Part shown: positions 40,804-48,936 of the stretch, piece by piece
Position numbering within the stretch: position 1 is the stretch's first letter
Layout of the letters: each line of letters opens with the position of its first letter
Origin: Thermodesulfobacteriota bacterium
GTDB taxonomy: Bacteria; DASVDK01
Assembly: GCA_036381125.1 (NCBI GenBank)
Contig: DASVDK010000059.1
Coordinates: 1-53,183 of the forward strand
Direction of reading: 5' to 3'
DNA: 53,183 bases
The notes under the pieces: generated by a model
The model's input: only the letters and a program-made list of their open reading frames with translations
What the model was told of the DNA's origin: nothing
The model's database searches: none
Position numbers and translations under genes: made by a program

Positions 40804-41607
40804 TCACGCCGTCGCCTCCTGCTCGGCGCGGCGGAGCATCTCGTCCGACTGTCCGAGGTACGCGTGGATGACGTGGGGGTCGCGCTGCACCTCGGCCGGC
40901 GTCCCCTCGGCGATCTTCTTGCCGAAGTCGAGCACGCAGACGCGGTGCGAGAGGTCCATGACGACCCCCATGTCGTGCTCGATCATGACGACCGTGACCC
41001 CCCGCTCCTCGTTCACGTCGAGGATGAAACGGGCCATGTCCTCGGTTTCCTCGAGGTTCATGCCGGCCATCGGCTCGTCGAGCAGCAGGAGCGACGGCTC
41101 GAGCGCGAGCGCGCGAGCGAGTTCCACCCGCTTCTGGAGGCCGTACGGGAGCGTACCGACCACCTGGTGGCGGATCGCCTCGATCTCGAGGAAGTCGATG
41201 ATCTCCTCGACGACCTTCCGGTGGCGCACCTCCTCCCGGCGCGCAGGTCCCCAGTAGAGACCGCCCGCGAGGAGGCCGGTCCCCATGTGGACGTGGCGGC
41301 CGATCATCAGGTTGTCGAGGACGGTCATCCCGCGGAACAGGGCAAGGTTCTGGAACGTGCGGGCGATGCCGAGGCGGGCGATGCGGTGCGGTGCGAGCCG
41401 GGTGAGGTCGCGGCCCTCGAAGGCGAGCCGGCCCGGCTTCGGGTGGTAGAGACCGCTCACGCAGTTGAGGACGCTCGTCTTGCCGGCCCCGTTGGGGCCG
41501 ATGATGGCGAAGATCTCCCCCCTGCGCACCTCGAAGGAGACCCCCTCGAGGGCCCGCACGCCGCCGAACGTCAGGTACAGGTCCCTGGCTGAGAGCTGCG
41601 CCGCCAT
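40804..41607 (-). CDS. LivG-like ABC ATP-binding protein (operon B)
   Basis: FGGVRAL, GPNGAGKTS, LPYG, LLDEPMAG, IEHD, AYLG; start 41607 or 41637. Confidence 0.92.
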   Translation of the reverse strand: MAAQLSARDLYLTFGGVRALEGVSFEVRRGEIFAIIGPNGAGKTSVLNCVSGLYHPKPGRLAFEGRDLTRLAPHRIARLGIARTFQNLALFRGMTVLDNLMIGRHVHMGTGLLAGGLYWGPARREEVRHRKVVEEIIDFLEIEAIRHQVVGTLPYGLQKRVELARALALEPSLLLLDEPMAGMNLEETEDMARFILDVNEERGVTVVMIEHDMGVVMDLSHRVCVLDFGKKIAEGTPAEVQRDPHVIHAYLGQSDEMLRRAEQEATA

Positions 41608-41981
41608 CTCGCCACGCGCCACGCCATTCCCCCACATCGGTTGGCGGCGGCCCGCCGGCACCCGGGCTACGGACGGAATCGACTGGAATTCTAGCGTGTC
41701 GACAGGCGCTTTCCCATCTAGAACAGAGTTACACCTCTTGCCGACCCCGCTGTCCGGGCCCGACGGTCGCACCGCAATTCGTCAGCCCGGGTGCCCGCCG
41801 GCGTCATGTGTGCGGCGGCGCGCCGGTGCGCGCCATTTGCCGGGCCGATCCCCGGCCGTCGGGCCGCGGTCGTGCCGCTCGGGGCAAGACTCCGCCGCGG
41901 TTCGGGAATCCGGCCGCGAGGCCGGTGCGCCGCCTCACGCCGCCGATCGATCGGAATCGGCACGAGGGGCCGAAGTACGCC

Positions 41982-41998
41982 TGGCACATCTGTTGCTC
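41982..41998 (+). promoter_or_regulatory. sigma54 -24/-12 promoter upstream of the major pilin-like gene
   Basis: TGGCACATCTGTTGCT fits TGGCAC-N5-TTGCW exactly. Confidence 0.85.
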
Positions 41999-42104
41999 CG
42001 CCGACGCGGGCAAAGCGCCAGCCCGGTAACCGACCGGTCGGCGACGGGGCCAGCCCCGTAGATGCACGACGCACCCTGCTGACGCTCGAAAGGAGCTGGA
42101 CCAT

Positions 42105-42629
42105 ATGCGTAGCTCGACGCGCTTCACGACCGGCCTCGCCGTCGTCGCGGCGGCGGTCCTCGGCCTCGCGACGCTGCCGTCGACGGTCGAGGCGGCCACG
42201 GCCAACCAGAACCTCACGATCAACGCCGTCGTCAACGACCGCGCGACGCTCACCCTGAGCACCGCGACCATCAACTTCCCGGACTCCGACCCCGAGACCG
42301 TGCTGTCCATCGCGGCGAGCGAGAACCCGGTCACCGTCAGCGCTCGGGTCCGTACGGGCGCGACCAGCACGCCGACCCTGACGGTCCAGGCGAACGGCGA
42401 CCTCTCCAACGGCACCGACACGATCCCCATCTCGAACGTCACCTGGACGGCGTCGGGCTCCCCGTTCGTCGCCGGGACGATGAACGCCACGGTGGCTCAG
42501 AGCGCGGCGACGTTCGGCACCGGCTCGGGGAGCTACACGGGGACCTTCAGCTACTTCCTCGCGAACGACTGGGCGTACAACGTCGGCACCTACACCGCGA
42601 CGGCGACCTACACGCTGACCGCCCCGTAG
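42105..42629 (+). CDS. Secreted beta-rich pilin-like protein (putative major subunit)
   Basis: AAAGGAG RBS; signal peptide ending VEA; Thr/Ala/Ser-rich, Cys-free; N-terminal NLTINAVV and C-terminal GTYTATATYTL strands. Confidence 0.75.
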   Translation: MRSSTRFTTGLAVVAAAVLGLATLPSTVEAATANQNLTINAVVNDRATLTLSTATINFPDSDPETVLSIAASENPVTVSARVRTGATSTPTLTVQANGDLSNGTDTIPISNVTWTASGSPFVAGTMNATVAQSAATFGTGSGSYTGTFSYFLANDWAYNVGTYTATATYTLTAP

Positions 42630-42657
42630 CCGTCGCAACGCCATCGACCTTGCCCCT

Positions 42658-42701
42658 CGAGGCCCGGCTCCCGCGCACACGGGAGCCGGGCCTCGCCTTT
42701 T
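42658..42701 (+). terminator. Intrinsic terminator-like hairpin after the major pilin-like gene
   Basis: Perfect 16-bp stem CGAGGCCCGGCTCCCG/CGGGAGCCGGGCCTCG, 6-nt loop, then CCTTTT. Confidence 0.75.
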
Positions 42702-42961
42702 CGGGGCCCGGCGGCGCGCCCGCGTTGCCGTCGTCACGGAGCGCCCGGCCCGGAGGGAGGGCGCGACGAACGTCACCCGATGACGCGTCCGGTCACCGGA
42801 TGGGAGCGTCCTCTCGGCGGCAGTCGCCATCGCGACACGGGCCGGCACGCCCGATCCCGCCCCCCTCTGCAACCTCTCGAATCGCCGAACGAAATCGCGC
42901 CGGGGCCCCGCGGGCGCCAGCCGGGGCTGCCGCCCGCCCACCTGCCTATACGCTCGCCTCG

Positions 42962-42978
42962 TGGCACATCTGTTGCTC
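42962..42978 (+). promoter_or_regulatory. Second sigma54 promoter, identical 17-mer
   Basis: TGGCACATCTGTTGCTC identical to 41982-41998. Confidence 0.85.
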
Positions 42979-43081
42979 GTTCTCCAGCCGAGCGTGCCCC
43001 TGGCCCGGGGAGTGCCCCGGCGGCGGCGGGGCCGGGCTGTTTCCGGAACGCGTCTCGACGACGCCTGGAGGAGCTGGCACC

Positions 43082-43591
43082 GTGGAACGCTGGCAGCACC
43101 CGCCCCGAACCCGCCGCGCCCTTCGCGTTGCGATCCTCGGTCTCCTCGCCGGGCTCGCGCTCCTCGCCGGCCCGCGGACGGCCGAGGCGCAGGCCCTCCT
43201 CCTGGACCTCGGCGCGCCCTCGATCACGTTCCCAGACGCGAACCCCGACCTCCAGCCGACGATCGCCTCGACGCCGGTGACGATCCGGATCGGGATCGCG
43301 GTCATCGGCGGCCGCGGGCGGCCGTGGCGCCTCACGATCGTCGCCAACGACCACCTGCGGGCCGGCGCGAGCGTCATCGACGCCGGCAACATCTCGTGGA
43401 CCTCGTCGAGGACGAACCAGGGCTGGTTCGCCGGCGGGACGCTGGCGGTGGCCGCACCGCAGACGATGGCGCAGGGCACCGGCAGCCTCGCCATCACGTC
43501 CTCGGACATCGCCTTCCGGCTGCAGAACCGGTGGACCTACAACCCCGGCTCCTACACGACCACGGCGACCCTGACGCTCAGCTCGCCCTGA
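43082..43591 (+). CDS. Secreted pilin-like paralogue (putative minor/tip subunit)
   Basis: GGAGGAG RBS before GTG; signal peptide ending AEA/AQA; aligns by eye to 42105-42629 (ITFPDANPD, LTIVAN..L, NISWT, LQNRWTYNPGSYTTTATLTL). Confidence 0.72.
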   Translation: MERWQHPPRTRRALRVAILGLLAGLALLAGPRTAEAQALLLDLGAPSITFPDANPDLQPTIASTPVTIRIGIAVIGGRGRPWRLTIVANDHLRAGASVIDAGNISWTSSRTNQGWFAGGTLAVAAPQTMAQGTGSLAITSSDIAFRLQNRWTYNPGSYTTTATLTLSSP

Positions 43592-43611
43592 CCGACGGAG
43601 GCCTCGCACCC

Positions 43612-44424
43612 ATGCGCGCAACAGGATCCTTCGTCCTCGGCGCCGCCCTCGCGCTCGCGACCGCGGCCCTCCCCCTGCCGGCGGACGCCGCCGGTCCGTC
43701 GTTCAGCCTCGCCCCGATCCGCTTCGACATCGAGGCGACGCCCGGCGAGCCGTACACCGACGCCCTCGAGGTGCACAACACGGCGCGCGAGACGGCACGC
43801 ATCAAGGTCTACACGGAGGACTGGCGGCTCGAGCGCGACGGCGCGATCACGTTCCTCAAGCGCGGCACCGGCCCCCGATCGGCCTCGCCCTGGATCCGCG
43901 TGAACCCGTCGGAGTTCGATCTGCCGCCCCTGTCGGTCGCCGACGTCCGCTTCACGGTGACGGTGCCCAGGGGCGCGCCGGCCGGCGGCTACCGGGCGGC
44001 CATCGTCGTCGAGCAGGTGCCCAGGCCGACGCCGGGAGAGGAGCCGAGGCGCGCGGTGGCGATCCGGGCGCGGATCGCCTCGGTCGTCTACGTGAGGGTG
44101 GGCGCCCGGGAGCCGGCCGCCGAGCTCGCCGGCGTGACGTACGCGCGGCTCGCCAACGGCGTGCGGGCGCTCGTCCTCGCGGTGCGCAACACCGGCGACG
44201 TCCACTTCCGCACGAACGGCAAGGTCCGCCTCGCCGATCCGGCGACCGGTCGCCGGGTGCACACGATCCCGATCCCCGACGCGCCGGTGCTGCCCCGGTC
44301 CGAGCGCGACCTGCTCGTGCACCTCCCGGAGGACGCCCGACCCGGGACCTACGCGGTCCGCGCCGAGCTGGACGTCGGCGGCGCCGACCTGTACGTGCAC
44401 GAGGGCCAGGTCCGGGTCGACTAG
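43612..44424 (+). CDS. Periplasmic pilus chaperone-like protein (PapD/EcpB/DUF916-like, two Ig-like domains)
   Basis: GGAGG RBS; signal peptide ending ADA; SLAPIRF....PG......VHN, WIRVNPSEFDL......VRFTVTVP...GGYRAAIVVE, second domain VRNTGDVHFR...PVLP...PGTY. Confidence 0.7.
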   Translation: MRATGSFVLGAALALATAALPLPADAAGPSFSLAPIRFDIEATPGEPYTDALEVHNTARETARIKVYTEDWRLERDGAITFLKRGTGPRSASPWIRVNPSEFDLPPLSVADVRFTVTVPRGAPAGGYRAAIVVEQVPRPTPGEEPRRAVAIRARIASVVYVRVGAREPAAELAGVTYARLANGVRALVLAVRNTGDVHFRTNGKVRLADPATGRRVHTIPIPDAPVLPRSERDLLVHLPEDARPGTYAVRAELDVGGADLYVHEGQVRVD

Positions 44425-44455
44425 CGGACCTGCGGCGCGGCAGCGGCGGTGATGC

Positions 44456-47227
44456 GTGGCGAGCCACGGACCTGACCGAGCGGCCGGCGACGGCTCCGGG
44501 CGCCGGGGAGCGCTGCGTCCCGCGCGGCGGCTCCTCCCGCTCCTGCTCCTCGGCGCCGTCGTCGCCGCCCCGCGCGCCCGCGCCGAGCCGCTCCCCGTCG
44601 GGGACGCGACGCTCGTCTACCAGATCCGCTCCTCGCACACCGACGACCCGGCGTTCGCGCCGCAGACCTGGACCGAGCAGGACGTCGGCCTCTTCCTCGC
44701 CCAGGAGGTCCCCAACTACGGCGTCATCCGCGCCGAGACGCACTGGTTCGACGCGGTCGGCGAATCGGGCGACGTCGGCTGGACGCAGCTTGCGCTGACC
44801 GACCTCGAGCTTCCGGCCTTCGCCGCCTCCCTCGCGTTCGGCGACGCCGGCATCGACGCCCGGCTCCTGCCCCGACGCCTCCTCATCCTGACCGATCCCG
44901 GGTTCGACCTCGAAGGGGCGCGGCTCGCGCTCCGGGGCCCGACCACCGAGGTCGCCCTCTTCGGCGGCCGCGCCGTCGACCGCGTCGGCAGCCTCTCGAC
45001 CGGCGTGAACCGCCTGGACCAGGACCTGGTCGGCCTCACCCTGCGCGGGACGACCGGACCGGTCGCGTGGAGCACGCTCTACGTGCACGGCGACGGCGGC
45101 GGCCCCGGTGCCGGAAGCCGCGTGCCGGCGAGGACCGACACGATGGGCGTCGGCGTCGAGGTCCCCATCGCCGGCCCGCTCGCCCTGCTCGGCGAGGTGC
45201 GCTACGCGACGAGGCCGAACGCCGAGGGCGCGGCCGGCCGCAGCAACGGCCTCTCGTACGCGGTCGGCCCGCTGATCGAGCGGCGCGGGCTCCGTTTCGA
45301 GGCGACCGCCTTCTCGCTCGACCCCGCGTACCTGCCCATTCAGGGATCCGACCCGATCGCCGACCGCCGCGGGCTCTACACGGGGCTGAGCTGGGACCCC
45401 TGGGGGGCCTTCGGGCTCTTCGGGAGCGCGCTGCGCAGCCGCAACAACCTGGCCGACGACCCCTCGCTCCTGACCATCGAGACGACGCAGGTCATGCTCG
45501 GCGCCCACGCGTTCCTCCCGCTGCGCTGGCCGATCGGGCTCCTGGTGCGCGGCGAGTCGACGACGCTCGAGTCCACGGGCGCGGGCCCGAGCGCCCTCGA
45601 CTCGCGGACGAGGGCCCTCTACGGCGAGGCGTCCCAGGTGATCGGCAACTGGCGGCCGGTCGCGCGCGCCCGCTGGAGCCGCCTCGACGACGCCGCCTCC
45701 GACCAGGCGTCGGACACGGTCGACGTGACGGCCGAGCTCTGGTGGCAGGTGACCAGGCGCGCCCGCCTCTGGAGCGCGCTCGGGTGGAACGACCTGTCGG
45801 GGACGTCCGGCGTCACCGATCAGACCACCGTCCTCGCGAGGCTCGGCGGCGAGCAGCGCGTGACGGCCAACCTGTTCCTCCGCGGCGAGGCGGAGGTCGT
45901 GCAGACCGACCATGCCGGCACCCGCACGGTCCGTACCGGAGCGATCGCGAGCGTCGGATACCGCCACCGCTACTTCGACGCCTACCTCGACCTGCGCCGG
46001 AGCTGGACGACGGCCGAGACGACCGACGGCATCGCCGGCGAGACCACGACCACGCGTACGGACGACGGCCTCTACCTCCGCGTGACCGTTCCCATGCGCT
46101 GGGGCCGGCCGACGCCGCCGCCGCTCGGCCGCCAGGCGGCTGCCGACGACGACGGGTGGGGCACGATCGAGGGGCGCGTCTTCGTCGACGACGACGGCGA
46201 CGGCGTGCTCGACCCGGGCGAGCCGGGCGTGGGCGGGCTCTCGGTCATCCTGGACGGCCTGCCCGGGACCGTCGTCCCGACCGACGAGGAGGGACGCTTC
46301 GCCTATCCCCGGGTCGCCTCCGGGCTCCACTCCGTCCGGGTCATCGTGCGCAGGCTGCCGGCCGAGTTCGACCTCGTGAGCCCTCAACTCGTCGAGGTGA
46401 CGATCGCACGCCGCGCGACGGCACACGTCTCGTTCGCCGCCCAGCGGCTCGGCCGGATCGCCGGCCGGGTCACGCGCCTCCAGGTCGACGCCGGCGGCGA
46501 ACCGCGGCGCCTCGCCGACGCGGGCTCGATCCCGCTCTACCTCAGACGGGGCGACGACATCTGGCAGACGTTCACGGACGACGAGGGGTACTACGCCTTC
46601 GACATGGTTCGGGGCGGGGAGTACGAGCTGTTCGTCGACCCGGCCGCCCTGCCGCCCCCGGTCGCCGTGGAGCCCGGCTCGCGTACGGTGCGACTCGGCG
46701 CCGGCGAGGTGGTCGAGGGGGTCGACTTCACGATCCGCCAGCCGTCCCGCCGCGACATTCGCAACGGCGGCGGCACGCACGGCAGCCGGGCCGCCCCGCC
46801 TGCCGCGGCGCCGGCCGTCCTCGCGGGCGACGCCAGGCCCGCGCAGACCCGCGACTGCGTCGGCGATGCCCCCGAGCCCGGCATGGTGGGCGTCTTCTAC
46901 TTCGCGACCGACTCGTCGGACCTCCGGGAGCTGGAGCGGCTGCGGCCGGCGCTGTCACGCTGGGCGGAGTGGCTGCGGCGCGACCCCGCACGGGAAGTCC
47001 TGATCGAGGGACACACCGACCGGCGCGCCGACGATCCGTACAACTTCGGGCTCGCGGCCCGCCGCGCCTACGCGGTCTACCGCGCGCTCGCCGAGGCCGG
47101 CGCGCCCGAGGCGCGGCTGCAGCTCGTCCCCGAGGGGCCGGACCTCCTCTGCGACCCGGCCGACACCCCGGAGGCCCACGCCGCCAACCGCCGCGTCCTC
47201 GTGACGGTCAGCGTTGCGGGGCGCTGA
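44456..47227 (+). CDS. Usher-like outer-membrane beta-barrel protein with two SdrD-B/carboxypeptidase-regulatory-like domains and a C-terminal OmpA domain
   Basis: Signal peptide ending ARA; ~520 aa of amphipathic beta strands; GTIEGRVFVDDDGDGVLDPGEPG...TDEEGRF; GRIAGRV...TDDEGYYAF; FYFATDS...IEGHTD...YNFGLAARRA...NRRV. Confidence 0.72.
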   Translation: MASHGPDRAAGDGSGRRGALRPARRLLPLLLLGAVVAAPRARAEPLPVGDATLVYQIRSSHTDDPAFAPQTWTEQDVGLFLAQEVPNYGVIRAETHWFDAVGESGDVGWTQLALTDLELPAFAASLAFGDAGIDARLLPRRLLILTDPGFDLEGARLALRGPTTEVALFGGRAVDRVGSLSTGVNRLDQDLVGLTLRGTTGPVAWSTLYVHGDGGGPGAGSRVPARTDTMGVGVEVPIAGPLALLGEVRYATRPNAEGAAGRSNGLSYAVGPLIERRGLRFEATAFSLDPAYLPIQGSDPIADRRGLYTGLSWDPWGAFGLFGSALRSRNNLADDPSLLTIETTQVMLGAHAFLPLRWPIGLLVRGESTTLESTGAGPSALDSRTRALYGEASQVIGNWRPVARARWSRLDDAASDQASDTVDVTAELWWQVTRRARLWSALGWNDLSGTSGVTDQTTVLARLGGEQRVTANLFLRGEAEVVQTDHAGTRTVRTGAIASVGYRHRYFDAYLDLRRSWTTAETTDGIAGETTTTRTDDGLYLRVTVPMRWGRPTPPPLGRQAAADDDGWGTIEGRVFVDDDGDGVLDPGEPGVGGLSVILDGLPGTVVPTDEEGRFAYPRVASGLHSVRVIVRRLPAEFDLVSPQLVEVTIARRATAHVSFAAQRLGRIAGRVTRLQVDAGGEPRRLADAGSIPLYLRRGDDIWQTFTDDEGYYAFDMVRGGEYELFVDPAALPPPVAVEPGSRTVRLGAGEVVEGVDFTIRQPSRRDIRNGGGTHGSRAAPPAAAPAVLAGDARPAQTRDCVGDAPEPGMVGVFYFATDSSDLRELERLRPALSRWAEWLRRDPAREVLIEGHTDRRADDPYNFGLAARRAYAVYRALAEAGAPEARLQLVPEGPDLLCDPADTPEAHAANRRVLVTVSVAGR

Positions 47228-47318
47228 CGCAGGCGTCCCGTGCGTGACGACGCAGCGCCGAGGCGGATCCCGGCGGGGTGACGCGCCGCGCGGGCCGGCC
47301 GCACCCGTGGCACACAAG

Positions 47319-47394
47319 GGGGTCAGACCCCGACGTTCTCCGGTCTGGAAAATGGAAAGACCTGACCCCCTGGAAAATGGAAAGACCTGACCCC
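47319..47394. repeat. REP-like element, inverted copy of 11877-11951
   Basis: GGGGTCAGACCCC palindrome (47319-47331) plus perfect tandem 25-mers CTGGAAAATGGAAAGACCTGACCCC (47345-47369, 47370-47394). Confidence 0.9.
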
Positions 47395-47413
47395 GCGCGG
47401 CGCCGTCCCCCTC

Positions 47414-48364
47414 TCAGTACCGCGGCTTGTAGTCGAAGTGGTGCGTGGCCTGGATGTAGCGGACGGTGCGCGACTGCGAGCGCATGACCACCGAATGGGT
47501 CGTCGCGCCGCCCGACACGAAGCGGACCCCCTTCAGGAAGTCGCCGTCGGTCACGCCGGTGGCGGCGAACATGACGTGCCCGCCGGCCAGTTCCTCGAGC
47601 TGGTAGACCTTGTTGATGTCGGTGATGCCCATGCGCTTCGCGCGCTCGATCTCGTCGTTGTTGCGCGGCACGAGGCGGCCCTGCATGTCGCCGCCGACGC
47701 AGCGGATCGCGGCCGCGGCGATGACCCCCTCGGGCGCGCCGCCGATGCCCATCAGCACGTCGACGCCGGTCGACTCGAAGCAGGTGGCGATGGCGGCCGA
47801 CACGTCGCCGTCGGGGATCAGCTTGATGCGGGCGCCGGTCGCGCGGATCTCCCGGATGAGCTGCTCGTGACGCGGCCGGTTGAGGACGACGACGGTCAGG
47901 TCCTCGACGTAGACGCGCAGCGCGTTGGCGATGGCCTTGAGGTTCTTCGCCGGCGGCGCCGTGATGTCGATGGCGCCCCGGGCGCGCGGCCCGACGGCGA
48001 TCTTCTCCATGTACGTATCGGGCGCGTGCAGGAAGCCGCCCTTCTCCGCCATCGCGATGACCGACAGCGCGTTCGGGCCGCCGGTGGCGGTGATGGTCGT
48101 CCCCTCGAGCGGATCGAGCGCGATGTCGATCTCGGGCCCCCCCGCGCCCACCTTCTCGCCGATGAAGAGCATCGGCGCCTCGTCGCGCTCCCCCTCGCCG
48201 ATCACGACCGTTCCGGCGATCCCCACCGAGTCGAAGGCGCGCCGCATCGCGTCGACCGCCGCCTGGTCGGCGGCCTTCTCGTCCCCCCGCCCCATGAGCC
48301 TGGCGGACGCCAGAGCCGCCGCCTCGGTCACGCGAACCGCCTCGAGTGCCAGGTTGCGATCCAT
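47414..48364 (-). CDS. glpX: Fructose-1,6-bisphosphatase class II
   Basis: VTEAAAL, VVIGEGERDEAPML, DPLEGT, YMEK, DGDV, GIGGAPEGV, FAATGVTDG. Confidence 0.97.
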   Translation of the reverse strand: MDRNLALEAVRVTEAAALASARLMGRGDEKAADQAAVDAMRRAFDSVGIAGTVVIGEGERDEAPMLFIGEKVGAGGPEIDIALDPLEGTTITATGGPNALSVIAMAEKGGFLHAPDTYMEKIAVGPRARGAIDITAPPAKNLKAIANALRVYVEDLTVVVLNRPRHEQLIREIRATGARIKLIPDGDVSAAIATCFESTGVDVLMGIGGAPEGVIAAAAIRCVGGDMQGRLVPRNNDEIERAKRMGITDINKVYQLEELAGGHVMFAATGVTDGDFLKGVRFVSGGATTHSVVMRSQSRTVRYIQATHHFDYKPRY

Positions 48365-48376
48365 CGGACAGACCTC

Positions 48377-48832
48377 CTAGCCGCTCCGAGCGCGGCGCGA
48401 ATCGGCACGGACGACGATGGGCTCCACGAGGGCGCGAAGGTCGTCCGGCACCGGGCAGACCCGGCCGTCCGGGCCGACGAACGCGTGCTCCGTGCTGCCC
48501 GTGACCAGTTCGCGTGCCGCCGCGTCGTCGGCCCGCCGAACCCGGTACTCGAACACGATGCGCGCCCGCCCGAGGTCGGCCACCGTCGTCTCGACGGCGA
48601 GCAGGTCGTCGTAGCGCGCCGGCTCGCGGTAGCGCACGTGCGCCTCGACGACCGGCAGCCGGATGCCGCGCGCCTCCAGCGCCGCGTACGGCACCCCCAG
48701 CTCGCGCATCGCCTCGGTCCGGCCGCGCTCGAACCAGACCAGGTAGTTGGCGTGGTAGACGACGGCCATCTGGTCGGTGTCGGCGTAGGCCACGCGAACC
48801 CGGGTCTCGAAGCAACGGGCGGCCGAGGGCAC
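48377..48832 (-). CDS. YbgC/4HBT-family acyl-CoA thioesterase
   Basis: RVAYADTDQMAVVYHANYLVWFERGR, YREPARYDD. Confidence 0.92.
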   Translation of the reverse strand: MPSAARCFETRVRVAYADTDQMAVVYHANYLVWFERGRTEAMRELGVPYAALEARGIRLPVVEAHVRYREPARYDDLLAVETTVADLGRARIVFEYRVRRADDAAARELVTGSTEHAFVGPDGRVCPVPDDLRALVEPIVVRADSRRARSG

Positions 48833-48838
48833 GCCACG

Positions 48839-48868
48839 AGTCTAGGTATATCGCACGCGGAGTGTCAA
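48839..48868 (-). promoter_or_regulatory. Putative sigma70 promoter for thioesterase-glpX (leaderless geometry)
   Basis: Minus strand TTGACA (48868-48863), 18 nt, TAGACT (48844-48839), 6 nt before GTG at 48832. Confidence 0.6.
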
Positions 48869-48936
48869 CGAGTTGTGCTAGCCGCCCGCCGGGGCCGCGC
48901 CGGCGAGCCGCACGGTCGGCCCGGCGCGATCGGCGG

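Noticed and set aside
42001..42104. c-di-GMP-I (GEMM) riboswitch in the pilin leader (GGCAAAGC, GGTAACC, GGCGAC)
   Set aside because: I cannot build the P1/P2 architecture or find the second GCAAAG element; an Infernal search against RF01051 would settle it
47345..47394. 25-bp direct repeats as a mini CRISPR array
   Set aside because: Units are directly adjacent with no spacers, and no cas genes are present
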